Origin: an uncultured Flavobacteriaceae bacterium
GTDB lineage: Bacteria > Bacteroidota > Bacteroidia > Flavobacteriales > Flavobacteriaceae
Reading direction: 5' to 3'
Assembly (NCBI GenBank): GCA_964595625.1
Contig: CAZQQU010000003.1
Span: forward strand, 40,327-104,326
Length of the DNA: 64,000 nt
Made by a program: the position numbers and the translations under genes. Positions 33,845-43,453 of this stretch are shown piece by piece. Numbering within the stretch: the first letter of the stretch is position 1; every line of letters starts with the position of its first letter. Below the pieces are notes generated by a model, which saw only the letters and a program-made list of their open reading frames with translations, was not told the origin of the DNA and did not search any database.

Positions 33845-34879
33845 TTGACAAAAAAAATATTGCTCATAGAAGACGATACGGTGGTTCGTGAAAATACAGC
33901 CGAACTCTTGGAATTATCCGGCTACGAGGTAATCGCCGTTGCCAATGGGAAAATGGGTGTTACTACTGCCAAAAACAGCTTGCCCAATCTTATCATCTGT
34001 GACATCATGATGCCCGAACTCGACGGTTATGCGGTGCTGGAAGAATTATCACTCGAACCCGCTACCCGAAATATTCCTTTTATTTTTCTATCAGCCAAAT
34101 CAGAACACAGAGACATCCGAAAAGGGATGGATTTGGGAGCCGACGATTATCTGACCAAACCTTTTGATGAACAAGAACTGATAAGCGCTATAGAAAGTCG
34201 CTTGGCAAAATCTTCTATTCAAAAAGAATCTTTGGACGAAACAAATAACGGCTTGCACACTCTTAATGACCTTAAAAATTATTTTGATGACAACGGCATC
34301 GAAATGAATTTTCATAAAGGAGAGCAAATTTTTTCCGAAAACAGCCATCCAAACTACGTGTATCTCGTCTCCAAAGGCAATGTAAAATGCTATAAAAATG
34401 AAGAATCGGGGAAAGAACTCACCACGACACTTTACAAAGAAGACGACCTGTTTGGCTACATCGCTGTGTTACACGACACTCCCAGACAACTCAATGCCAT
34501 TGCACTCAACGATTGTTCTCTGATGGCTTTGCCAAAAGAGACCTTCAGAGAACTGCTGGCAACTAATTATAAATTGGTTTTTGAAATCATCAATCTGCTG
34601 GCAGACAACCTCGAAGAAACCCGCGACCAACTCCTTCAAATGGCTTACGGTTCGGTGAGAAAAAAAACCGCTTCTACCATTTTGCAGTTTGCCGAAAAAC
34701 TCGGAGGCAGACGCCAAGACAGTATCAAAATTTCTCGTAACGATTTGGCCAGCGTGGCCGGTATTGCCACTGAAAGTTTGATTCGTACTTTATCTGCTCT
34801 CCAAAAGGAAGGTTTGATAGACATCGACGGAAGAAACATAAAAATACTTGATTTAGAAAAACTTACAAAAGTTACTTAG
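33845..34879 (+). CDS. Hybrid response regulator: receiver domain fused to a Crp/FNR-type effector plus HTH module
   Basis: The TTG start gives TKKILLIEDD. The receiver has the acceptor Asp in LIICDIMMPELDG and KPF. A cNMP-like roll and the HTH GIATESLIRTLSALQKEG follow. It starts 4 nt after the kinase stop. Confidence 0.8.
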   Translation: MTKKILLIEDDTVVRENTAELLELSGYEVIAVANGKMGVTTAKNSLPNLIICDIMMPELDGYAVLEELSLEPATRNIPFIFLSAKSEHRDIRKGMDLGADDYLTKPFDEQELISAIESRLAKSSIQKESLDETNNGLHTLNDLKNYFDDNGIEMNFHKGEQIFSENSHPNYVYLVSKGNVKCYKNEESGKELTTTLYKEDDLFGYIAVLHDTPRQLNAIALNDCSLMALPKETFRELLATNYKLVFEIINLLADNLEETRDQLLQMAYGSVRKKTASTILQFAEKLGGRRQDSIKISRNDLASVAGIATESLIRTLSALQKEGLIDIDGRNIKILDLEKLTKVT

Positions 34880-34897
34880 CCTCGTCCCTCCCAATTC

Positions 34898-34909
34898 TGA
34901 CATTTGTCA
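34898..34909 (+). promoter_or_regulatory. FNR/FixK-type box TGACATTTGTCA upstream of the universal stress protein gene
   Basis: 14-mer CTGACATTTGTCAT. The dyad centre is 36.5 bp from the terminal G of TACATTTG (34933-34940). Confidence 0.55.
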
Positions 34910-34960
34910 TTTTTCTAAGCCCTCGCCGGTTATACATTTGCTGCTCATTGTAATAGAAAA

Positions 34961-35767
34961 ATGGTAAACGTACTCATTCCCACGGATTTTTCTGCGAATG
35001 CAGAAAATGCTTTCTTTTACGCACTTTCTTTGCTAAAAAGGAAAAAGTGTACCTTTTATATTACCCATATACTCGGGGGCTCAGCCAAATATTTTCCTTA
35101 TAAAAAACCCGAAGCCGACGACCTTGCCAAAAAACAAATCCAACAGCTAATACTCAAAGCCGAAAAAAACTTTTCGGATGAATCTTATGTGTTCTTTTCG
35201 CAAGTGTTGTACGGAAATACCGTTGATTCTATCCGCAACGAAGTGGAAGACAAAAAGATAAATCTTATTGTCATTGGAGTAAAAGGACGCGCGGCCTCTG
35301 ACAATTCCGTGGGTTCTACCACGGCCGACATTATCCATAAGGTGAAATGTTCGACACTTATCGTTCCCGAAAAAGCCACATTTACTCCCGGAAAAAATAT
35401 CGCTTTCCCTACCGATTATTCTATTTTTTACGGAAGTGAAATTCTGGAAACCATTTCTTTTTACCAAAAACAACTGCATTCCAAAATACACATCCTATAT
35501 CTTTCCAAAAAAGATGAAAAGATGATTGAAGCTCAGAAACAAAACAAAGAATTGTTACAAGAATACTTTTCGGAAAATCTGCATTGCTTTTGTGCCGTTA
35601 CCAGCAAAGAAATAGATTCGGCTGTTAAAAGTTATGTGGCCAACAACGACATTGGTTTGATAGCTTTGGCAGCTCGCGACATACACATTTTTCAGCAACT
35701 CTTGCTGAACCCTACCCACACCGGGAAAATCCAACAGGCTTATGTGCCTTTCTTGGTGCTTCACTAA
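34961..35767 (+). CDS. Universal stress protein (tandem Usp domains)
   Basis: 268 aa with two Usp-like halves (ILIPTDFS..., GSTTADIIHKVKCSTLIVP). Confidence 0.75.
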   Translation: MVNVLIPTDFSANAENAFFYALSLLKRKKCTFYITHILGGSAKYFPYKKPEADDLAKKQIQQLILKAEKNFSDESYVFFSQVLYGNTVDSIRNEVEDKKINLIVIGVKGRAASDNSVGSTTADIIHKVKCSTLIVPEKATFTPGKNIAFPTDYSIFYGSEILETISFYQKQLHSKIHILYLSKKDEKMIEAQKQNKELLQEYFSENLHCFCAVTSKEIDSAVKSYVANNDIGLIALAARDIHIFQQLLLNPTHTGKIQQAYVPFLVLH

Positions 35768-35770
35768 GGG

Positions 35771-36871
35771 TTAAAAATCAAATTCCAGTTGGACGTAGAC
35801 TTCCTTTCTTTCCGTTTTTTGGGTTTTATTTTCGTTGTTGAGATGGGACAAAGTAATCCCAATCAGTCGCACTGATTCTTTGAGTTTTTCTTGGTATAAC
35901 AACTCTTTAGCAGTGTCTAAAATCAAACTTTTTTTCCGAATAAAATACGGCAAGGTTTTACTGCGCGTCTGTATGGTAAAATCACTGTATTTTATTTTGA
36001 GTGTCACGGTCTTTCCTGAAATATTGTTTTTTTTAAGCCGTTTTTCTACCTCTTCGGCTATGGGATTTAGTTTTTCCAATAAAAAAATTTCTGAAGTAAT
36101 GTTTTTGAAAAAAGTACGCTCGGCTCCCAAAGACTTAGCAATTCGCGAAGATTTTACTTCTCCGTAATGAATCCCTCGTACTACTTGAAAATAGAGCTTG
36201 CCGCTTTTCCCGAAGTGTTTTTCTAAAAATTCTTCGGATTTAGATTTTAAATCTCTTCCGGTGAAAATGCCCAATTGGTACATTTTTTCTTGAGTAACTT
36301 TCCCCACCCCGTAAAACTTCCTGATGTCAAGTGCTTCCAAAAACGAAATGACATCTTCGGGCGGCACCGTTTTTTGTCCGTTGGGTTTGTTTACATCACT
36401 GGCAATTTTGGCAACAAACTTATTAATCGAAATTCCTGCGGAAGCAGTAAGTCCGGTTTGCTCAAAAATTTTTCTTCTGATTTCGGCAGCAATCAGTGTA
36501 GCACTGGGATTACCGATTTTGTTTTGAGTTACATCCAAATAGGCTTCGTCTAACGAAAGCGGCTCTACCAAATCAGTATATTCTCTGAAAATTTTTCGGA
36601 TGATTTTTGAAATTTCGGAATACCTTTCAAAACGCGGCTTTACAAAAATGAGTTCGGGACATTTTTTTCTCGCCAACATACCCGACATGGCACTGCGTAC
36701 TCCGAATTTTCGAGCTTCATAGCTGGCTGCTGCAACCACGCCTCGTTCGCTTTTGCCTCCCACCGCCACAGGTTTTCCGCGTAAATCGGGGTTGTCTAAC
36801 TGCTCCACAGAAGCGTAGAAAGCATCCATATCGATGTGGATAATTTTTCTATGTGGTAAAACCGATTCCAT
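35771..36871 (-). CDS. dinB: DNA polymerase IV
   Basis: IIHIDMDAFYASVEQ, the SLDEAYLDVT motif and the Y-family little-finger region. Confidence 0.9.
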   Translation of the reverse strand: MESVLPHRKIIHIDMDAFYASVEQLDNPDLRGKPVAVGGKSERGVVAAASYEARKFGVRSAMSGMLARKKCPELIFVKPRFERYSEISKIIRKIFREYTDLVEPLSLDEAYLDVTQNKIGNPSATLIAAEIRRKIFEQTGLTASAGISINKFVAKIASDVNKPNGQKTVPPEDVISFLEALDIRKFYGVGKVTQEKMYQLGIFTGRDLKSKSEEFLEKHFGKSGKLYFQVVRGIHYGEVKSSRIAKSLGAERTFFKNITSEIFLLEKLNPIAEEVEKRLKKNNISGKTVTLKIKYSDFTIQTRSKTLPYFIRKKSLILDTAKELLYQEKLKESVRLIGITLSHLNNENKTQKTERKEVYVQLEFDF

Positions 36872-36914
36872 TCAAACAAAAATACTGTAAATTTGAGACT
36901 CAAGATTCAAACCC

Positions 36915-37382
36915 ATGGTGGAAATAGAACGAAAATTTTTGGTTAAAAACCTTGATTTTATCGCACAATCCCAAAGGAATTACGTTATAAAACAAGGTTT
37001 TCTCAACACCCATCCCGATCGAACAGTACGTGTGCGCGTAACCGGCGACCAAGGTTTTTTAACCGTTAAAGGGCGCTCCAACCCAAGCGGCCTCACGCGT
37101 TTTGAATGGGAAATTGAAATACCTTCTCAAGAGGCCGAAGAGTTACTTGCCTTATGTGAAAGCAGTATTATCAGAAAAACCCGTTATCTGGTGCCCGTGG
37201 GTAAACACACCTTTGAAATAGATGTGTTTCATGGGGAGAATGAAGGGCTAATTCTAGCAGAAATCGAACTCCAATCGGAAGATGAAATATATGAAAAACC
37301 GGAATGGCTCGGTCTAGAAGTCACCGGAGATTCTCGTTATTACAATTCCTATTTAAGTCGGCAACCTTATACAAAATGGTAG
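36915..37382 (+). CDS. CYTH domain protein (triphosphate tunnel metalloenzyme family)
   Basis: N-terminal EIERKFLV signature in a 155-aa protein. Confidence 0.8.
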   Translation: MVEIERKFLVKNLDFIAQSQRNYVIKQGFLNTHPDRTVRVRVTGDQGFLTVKGRSNPSGLTRFEWEIEIPSQEAEELLALCESSIIRKTRYLVPVGKHTFEIDVFHGENEGLILAEIELQSEDEIYEKPEWLGLEVTGDSRYYNSYLSRQPYTKW

Positions 37383-37426
37383 GTAAACAAGCTCGAGGAA
37401 TAACTCAATTTTATACTTTTGTACCT

Positions 37427-38062
37427 ATGTCACATAATCTTATTCTGACTTTATTTTTGGCTTTACTATTCAGTTGTCAATCGCCAACCGAAATCGCTTT
37501 AGAAAACGGTGATTTGTTGTTTTTGGGCAGTGTTGCCGGAGAACTTTCTGAGGCTATCAATACCGTCACTCAAACCGAAAAGGCCACCAATTATTCGCAT
37601 ATTGCGATGGTAGAAATAACCGAAGGTCAAATCTGGGTGCTCCATGCTGCACCTGAAAATGGCTCCGAGAGAATTTCACTTCAAGATTTTTTGACGTACG
37701 CCAAAAAAGATTCTTCGACAGTTGTTGCCTATCGAATAAAACCAGAAATTCATTTTGATGCCTCTCGAGCAATCCAAAAAGCTCAGCAAATGCTAGGTAA
37801 GCCGTATAATTACAGTTATATTTTGACAGATACCGCCTATTATTGTTCTGATTTTGTATATCGCGCTTTTGAAGAAGACAATATTTTTACCTTAGAACCC
37901 ATGACGTTTAAAGACCCAATCAGCGGAACGATTCACCCCACTTGGGTATCACATTACGAAAAAATGGGCCTGCAAGTACCCGAGGGACTGCTGGGTTGTA
38001 ATCCAAACGGAATGGCTGCTTCTGCAAAAATTGAAAAAATAGGAATTCTACAACAACCTTAA
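37427..38062 (+). CDS. YiiX-like permuted papain-fold lipoprotein
   Basis: The internal ATG gives a lipobox (LLFSC). Motifs SHIAMV... and YYCSDFVYRAF (Cys nucleophile context). Confidence 0.55.
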   Translation: MSHNLILTLFLALLFSCQSPTEIALENGDLLFLGSVAGELSEAINTVTQTEKATNYSHIAMVEITEGQIWVLHAAPENGSERISLQDFLTYAKKDSSTVVAYRIKPEIHFDASRAIQKAQQMLGKPYNYSYILTDTAYYCSDFVYRAFEEDNIFTLEPMTFKDPISGTIHPTWVSHYEKMGLQVPEGLLGCNPNGMAASAKIEKIGILQQP

Positions 38063-38064
38063 TC

Positions 38065-40410
38065 CTATTGGGTAAGACTGATTTCTATTTGCTGCTGTAA
38101 TCGATTGCCCTGATGATCCACCACAGTCAGTACATAGGTCCCGGGTTGTGGTGCCACGGCCAATTCGTGAAAGGTATCGGTTCGGCCCAAATAATTTTCA
38201 TCCAAATACCAATAAACTATTGCATCGGGTTGTTGATGAGCCACTTTAAAAACAACTTCGTTGATACGTTCGTCAAATTGCTTGGGAAGTATAATTTTTT
38301 CTGCTTTTTTAGGAAAAATAAATTCCAATATCCGCTCATTATCTGCATAACAACCCGAAAGAAAAGGGGGTAAAGTCCGGTAATGTGGATGGTGTTGTGT
38401 GTAAAAATGTTCTTGTATGGGCGGTAATGAGAACCAGGAGACCGGTTTGATATCTTCCAAGGGATAGCATGAGGAGTTCACTCGAAATGTTTGAGTTTCT
38501 TCCAAAAAAATCAGATGATGGTAGGGACAAGATGGACTATCGTTAGAATGAGTTACCACCCATTGCTCTTGGATATTTTCGCAATATAAACCCGCCATAT
38601 ATCCGCTGTGAGTACAAATTTTTTTTTGTATCAAATCATCATACGGTGTTTCAAAACCTTGATGTTGGCTAGGGAGAACTTTAAAAACATCAAACATTAC
38701 CGGTGCTGCAGTGAGTATTCCGGTGAGTCCGGGTCGTCCTTCACCATCGGCATTTCCTACCCACACCCCCACGGTATAATCGGGTGTTACTCCAATGGCC
38801 CACGCGTCTTTAAATCCATAACTCGTGCCCGTTTTCCAAGCTATCGGATGAGCTCCTTGATAAAAGCTCCAATTTTCTTCCCTGCCGGGGCGATTGGTTT
38901 CTTGCAAGCTTTCAAAAGTTTGGTAAATAGCCCCGGCACCTAAAACTGGGGGATAGTGTTGGGGGTTGCCCAAATCAACTGTTTCACCCAAAATATATAT
39001 GGGATCCACAAACTCATTACTTCTGTATTGGCTAGAATTCTGAGTATAAAATTGTAAGGTAGAGCCGAGTGCAGCATAAATTTTAGTCACTTCCCACAGA
39101 CTGCTTTCAGCGCCACCCAAAATCAAAGACAAGCCGTAATAGTCAGCGGGGTGTGTCATTTGTGTAAGCTTCATTTTTTGCAACTGATTATAAAAACGTT
39201 GAAGTCCATAGCTTCGAAGCATGCGTACTGCCGGAACATTCAGAGATCGGCTTAAAGCTTCACGAGCAGGTACTGCTCCGTAAAAAGTTTTATCAAAATT
39301 TTCCGGACTATAACCGTTAATAGTAGTTGGTATATCAGCAACTAACATAGATGGTAATAAGTCGCCACTTTGTAACATAGAAGCAAAGAGAAAGGGTTTT
39401 AAAACACTCCCGGTACTTCGTGATTTATCAATAATATCCACATACCGATGGTTCTCATTGGTTGTGGGGGTATTTCCAACATACGCCAGTACTTCCCGGG
39501 TAGAAGTATCTAATACCAATACGGCTAGGTTATGAATTTGATTTTGTCGAAACAAGTAATAATATTCTTCAACAATTCGGTTTATTTGAAGCTGATAGTC
39601 TATATGGAGAGTGGTTGTAATGCGATGATCAGGTGCCGTGCGTCTTAATTTTTCGGTCAAGTGATGGGCAAAATCGGGCAAAGCATGGGGTTTACCTGGA
39701 AGTTCTTCCAAAATTGCCATGCGGTAGGTGGTTTCGTCAATGATGTTTTTTTGAAACAACTTCAGTAATAAAGCATCTCGTTTTTGTTTTAAAATGATTT
39801 CGTTTTTTCCCGGAAAAACTAAGGAGGGCGCATTGGGTAGTACCGCTAGAGCAGCACTTTGCCCCCAGCTCAAATCCGTTGCCGGAACGCCATAATACCT
39901 CCACGAAGCCGTTTCTAATCCCACCACATTTCCCCCGAAAGGGGCATGAGAAGCATACCAATTAAGGATTTCTTTTTTTGAGCTACTAGCCTCCAAACGA
40001 GTGGCTTGAATTAACTCAATTATTTTTTCGCCGTACGTACGTTTTTTATTTTTTTTAGCTAAACGAATTACTTGCTGGGTAATAGTACTCGCGCCACGTC
40101 GTTTGCCTGTGGATATATTTTGATACAAGGCTTTACCAATCGAAATGGGGTTAAAACCCGGATGGTAGTAAAAATATTCGTCTTCGAAATGAACTACACA
40201 CTGCTCAAAGCGGTAAGGCACACTGTCTAAAGCCGGAAAACGCCATTGTCCGTCCGAAGCAATACGGGCACCTAATAAAACCCCTTCTCTACTTTCAATA
40301 ACCGTTGAAACCGGATCGTCAAACAAAGGCCGTGGCAAACAAAATAGCCAAAAAATAAAACCCATTCCCAGTAGGATCCATATCGTCTTATTCCGGGTTC
40401 GGGTTTTCAT
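38065..40410 (-). CDS. pbpC: Penicillin-binding protein 1C (bifunctional glycosyltransferase/transpeptidase)
   Basis: GT51 motifs (EDEYFYYHPGFNP, RGASTITQQ), transpeptidase STGSVLKP, and a PBP1C C-terminal domain. The ATG at 40410 is preferred over the TTG at 40431. Confidence 0.85.
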   Translation of the reverse strand: MKTRTRNKTIWILLGMGFIFWLFCLPRPLFDDPVSTVIESREGVLLGARIASDGQWRFPALDSVPYRFEQCVVHFEDEYFYYHPGFNPISIGKALYQNISTGKRRGASTITQQVIRLAKKNKKRTYGEKIIELIQATRLEASSSKKEILNWYASHAPFGGNVVGLETASWRYYGVPATDLSWGQSAALAVLPNAPSLVFPGKNEIILKQKRDALLLKLFQKNIIDETTYRMAILEELPGKPHALPDFAHHLTEKLRRTAPDHRITTTLHIDYQLQINRIVEEYYYLFRQNQIHNLAVLVLDTSTREVLAYVGNTPTTNENHRYVDIIDKSRSTGSVLKPFLFASMLQSGDLLPSMLVADIPTTINGYSPENFDKTFYGAVPAREALSRSLNVPAVRMLRSYGLQRFYNQLQKMKLTQMTHPADYYGLSLILGGAESSLWEVTKIYAALGSTLQFYTQNSSQYRSNEFVDPIYILGETVDLGNPQHYPPVLGAGAIYQTFESLQETNRPGREENWSFYQGAHPIAWKTGTSYGFKDAWAIGVTPDYTVGVWVGNADGEGRPGLTGILTAAPVMFDVFKVLPSQHQGFETPYDDLIQKKICTHSGYMAGLYCENIQEQWVVTHSNDSPSCPYHHLIFLEETQTFRVNSSCYPLEDIKPVSWFSLPPIQEHFYTQHHPHYRTLPPFLSGCYADNERILEFIFPKKAEKIILPKQFDERINEVVFKVAHQQPDAIVYWYLDENYLGRTDTFHELAVAPQPGTYVLTVVDHQGNRLQQQIEISLTQ

Positions 40411-40463
40411 AGGTTTGTAGCTAAAACGCAAGTTGTTTAGAGGGACGCGGAATCGAAAACCGT

Positions 40464-41039
40464 TTATCCACTCTTTTTAACAAATTTCGTAAGTATTACA
40501 ATTTGTTGCCCTTCTACACGACCTTCGATTTGCTCGGGATTATCGTGAACCAAAGAAATACGTCGTACCGCCGTGCCTCGTTTTGCTACTAAAGAGGAGC
40601 CTTTGACGTCTAAATCTTTGATTAAAACCACCGTATCACCATTTTCTAAAACTGCACCGTTACTATCGCGATGCACTATTTGGTTTTCTTCTTCTTGTAT
40701 CCCCGCTTTCGCCCAAGCCAACACCTCATCTTCTAAATAAGCCATATCGAGTATGTCTGCCGCCCACCCCTCATTTTTGAGCCACTGCAAAGCCCGCCAA
40801 GAAACAACCTGTACTGCGGGAACCGTACTCCAAATTGTTTCATTTAAAAATCGCCACTCATTGGGCACCATAGTAGCTGGGTTTTCTAACTGATGAACCA
40901 GAGACTCGCTCAATAACAGGGCCGCTTCGGATCCTGAGGTGGGAGAATGAGGTATTTGATATACTTGTAAGGGTTCTGAAGCTCCACTTAATTCGCAAAC
41001 AGAGCCACTTCTTTCATGTAATTGCTGTTCGATATTCAT
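40464..41039 (-). CDS. phnA: PhnA-domain protein
   Basis: The C-terminus DSNGAVLENGDTVVLIKDLDVKGSS...VRRI is typical of PhnA. The internal ATG at 41039 is preferred, and TACCTTTG promoter-like sequence lies just upstream. Confidence 0.7.
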   Translation of the reverse strand: MNIEQQLHERSGSVCELSGASEPLQVYQIPHSPTSGSEAALLLSESLVHQLENPATMVPNEWRFLNETIWSTVPAVQVVSWRALQWLKNEGWAADILDMAYLEDEVLAWAKAGIQEEENQIVHRDSNGAVLENGDTVVLIKDLDVKGSSLVAKRGTAVRRISLVHDNPEQIEGRVEGQQIVILTKFVKKSG

Positions 41040-41124
41040 AATAACTATTTTACTACAAAGGTATAAAACTAACTGTAATGGTTTCGTAAGCCATGTAAGG
41101 ACTCCTTGGCCATTTATTTGGCGA

Positions 41125-42126
41125 TTAATTACCTTTAATTCGTTGCCAAAGTTGCCGTAATAGCAATCGGGCATCTTCTCGAGTTTTTCTATTTTCGGCA
41201 ATATGAATCGTCTCTTGGGTAGGTATAAGTTGATAACTAAAAGCAAACTGGGGGTTTGCCATGTTGTTATTTAACAACCCAAATCGCAGATCGTTGAGAT
41301 ACAACATATCACCTTCCTGCTCAACCGTAAACCATCCCTCTGTAATTTTAATTAATCGTTGGACGTTTTTATCATGTATTAAATCGCCCAAAAGATGATG
41401 ATTCTTAGGAACGGGATAAAATCGAATGGGCTGAGAATCCAATAAGGAATAATCGGCCAAATAGATTACCTCTTCGCCCATAATATTTGCATTCCAAAGT
41501 ATAACATTTAAAGGAGCTGGCTTGGTCTTCATAGCCGAATAGGAAATAGCTTGCTGATCAAGCGCTGAGGTAAATGAAAAATACACCACCGATTTAATCA
41601 ATAGTGTCAACAAGAGGTAACTACTGCTTATAATCAGGGCGAGCCGATTATAAGAAGCTCTTTTGGGAGAAGTCCTTTTCTGGAACATAGTCAAGATGAC
41701 CAAGCCTAAAAAAGGCAAGGTATAAAGCGGATCAATGACAAAAATATTTTGAATCGCTACCGGGAAGTGTATGGGCCAAAAAAGCTGAGTTCCCCAAGTG
41801 GTCATGGCATCCAATAAAGCATGGGTTACAAAACCCAAAAAAAACAACAGCCACCATTCTCGATAAGTAGCTTCACTTCGTTTTTCTACTTTTGAAACTA
41901 ACCAAGCCAACAGAGGCGCAAAAAATAAGGCAAACACAAACGAATGCGTAAATCCTCGGTGAATTTCTATAGCTGTAAGGGCATCGGTAAAATAATTAGC
42001 CAAGACATCTAAATCGGGAATGGTCCCTGCTATAGCTCCGTATAAAATAGCTTTATTGCCTATTTTTTTTCCGAGAACAGCTTCACCTACCGAAGCCCCA
42101 AGTACAATTTGTGTAAGTGAGTCCAA
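41125..42126 (-). CDS. Membrane-bound metal-dependent hydrolase (DUF457 / YdjM-like)
   Basis: N-terminus MDSLTQIVLGASVGE...GTIPDLD and HRGFTHS motifs. A -7 element TACCTTTG lies on the minus strand at about 42138-42145. Confidence 0.7.
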   Translation of the reverse strand: MDSLTQIVLGASVGEAVLGKKIGNKAILYGAIAGTIPDLDVLANYFTDALTAIEIHRGFTHSFVFALFFAPLLAWLVSKVEKRSEATYREWWLLFFLGFVTHALLDAMTTWGTQLFWPIHFPVAIQNIFVIDPLYTLPFLGLVILTMFQKRTSPKRASYNRLALIISSSYLLLTLLIKSVVYFSFTSALDQQAISYSAMKTKPAPLNVILWNANIMGEEVIYLADYSLLDSQPIRFYPVPKNHHLLGDLIHDKNVQRLIKITEGWFTVEQEGDMLYLNDLRFGLLNNNMANPQFAFSYQLIPTQETIHIAENRKTREDARLLLRQLWQRIKGN

Positions 42127-42381
42127 ATTTGCCTTTTTTTGTATCTACAAAGGTAGTTTAACCCATCTAAAATAAAAAACAGTTCAGGCAGTTAATCGCA
42201 TAGCGAGAGTAAGGACGAAGCCCTTGATGGGATTGTTTTTTAGCTATTGCCAAATTTAAAAAACTGTACCGTTTAATCACGTGGTTTTTAATGTATTATA
42301 GAGTACCTCTTTTTTCCCGTAAGGGTATACAACCTGATACAAAAAAATGTGGCCTTTTGCACCTATAAATCCACCTGCTCG

Positions 42382-43416
42382 TTAAGGGGCCGGATTTGGC
42401 ACTTGGGTATGTATGGCGTCGATTTCTTTAAGTATTTCCAAAGACAATACCCGCTGCCGACTGACCAAATTTTCTTGCAATTGGTCCAATGTGCGCGCTC
42501 CAATCAAGGTGGAAGTAACAAAAGGCTGCTGACGAACAAACGCTAAAGCGAGTTCCGTCAAAGTCAATCCGTGATGGCGAGCCAGTTGTTCATACATTTC
42601 TGTAGCTCGGTAGGATTGCGGTTTAAAATAACGGTTTTGAAATGGAAATAAGGTATGTCGGCACCCTTCAGGAAACTGTTGGTTGAGGTATTTTCCAGTC
42701 AGTTGACCAAAACCCAACGGAGAATAAGCCAAATAGCCCAGCTGTTCGTGATGCAATATCTCGGTCAGTCCGATTTGATCAGTTCGATTTAATAAATTAA
42801 ACGCATTTTGAACACTTACAATCCGAAGTTTTCCTCGGCGAGATTCTTCTAAAAAGCGCATGACTCCCCACGGATTTTCATTAGACACCCCAAAAAACCT
42901 GATTTTTCCAGCTTCTACCAGATTTTCCATATGCATAAGTACCTCCGCAAAATTGTCTTTCCACGCATCCTCCCGAGGCGTAAAATTTAATTGCCCAAAA
43001 AAATTAGTTTTCCGTTCGGGCCAATGTAGTTGATACAAATCGATATAATCGGTTTGCAGGCGTTTTAAACTGCCCTCTATGGCCTGATCAATAGATTTCT
43101 TTGAAAAGTCTAACGGACTTCGGATGTGATCCAGTTTGCGGTTCGGCCCGGCTATTTTGGTAGCTAATATGACTTGGTCTCTTTTGTTGGTTTTCTTAAA
43201 CCAGCGTCCTAAAATCTGCTCGGTACTTCCTTGAGTTTCTGCCCTTCCGGGAAAGGAGTACATTTCGGCCGTATCGATACAATTAATTCCTTGATCCAAA
43301 GCAAAATCCAATAGCCGGAATGCTTCAGACTCTGGGGTTTGTTCTCCAAAAGTCATGGTTCCCAAACTAAACTCACTGATTTTTAATGGGGTGTGGGGTA
43401 ATGAGTTATATTTCAT
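42382..43416 (-). CDS. Aldo/keto reductase (Tas-like)
   Basis: 344 aa. Motifs GINCIDTAEMY and LQTDYIDLYQLHWP, with a family-typical C-terminal region. Confidence 0.85.
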   Translation of the reverse strand: MKYNSLPHTPLKISEFSLGTMTFGEQTPESEAFRLLDFALDQGINCIDTAEMYSFPGRAETQGSTEQILGRWFKKTNKRDQVILATKIAGPNRKLDHIRSPLDFSKKSIDQAIEGSLKRLQTDYIDLYQLHWPERKTNFFGQLNFTPREDAWKDNFAEVLMHMENLVEAGKIRFFGVSNENPWGVMRFLEESRRGKLRIVSVQNAFNLLNRTDQIGLTEILHHEQLGYLAYSPLGFGQLTGKYLNQQFPEGCRHTLFPFQNRYFKPQSYRATEMYEQLARHHGLTLTELALAFVRQQPFVTSTLIGARTLDQLQENLVSRQRVLSLEILKEIDAIHTQVPNPAP

Positions 43417-43453
43417 AAAATATTTTTTTTATTATAAGGATTGCTCTTCTTCC

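Noticed and set aside
36872-36914. SOS/LexA box upstream of dinB (TACTGTAAATTTGAGACT)
   Set aside because: It has a CTGT half-site only, with no matching ACAG partner. I do not trust my memory of the Bacteroidota LexA motif enough to call it.
38065-40410. pbpC lacking its usual alpha-2-macroglobulin (YfhM-like) neighbour
   Set aside because: An absent partner in a 64-kb window is not evidence of anything, because the partner may be elsewhere in the genome.
42127-42381. 255-nt intergenic region as a tRNA or sRNA locus
   Set aside because: There is no cloverleaf and no T-loop (GGTTCGAATCC-type) sequence. Only weak 3-4-bp hairpins are present. It contains the promoter of the downstream hydrolase gene.
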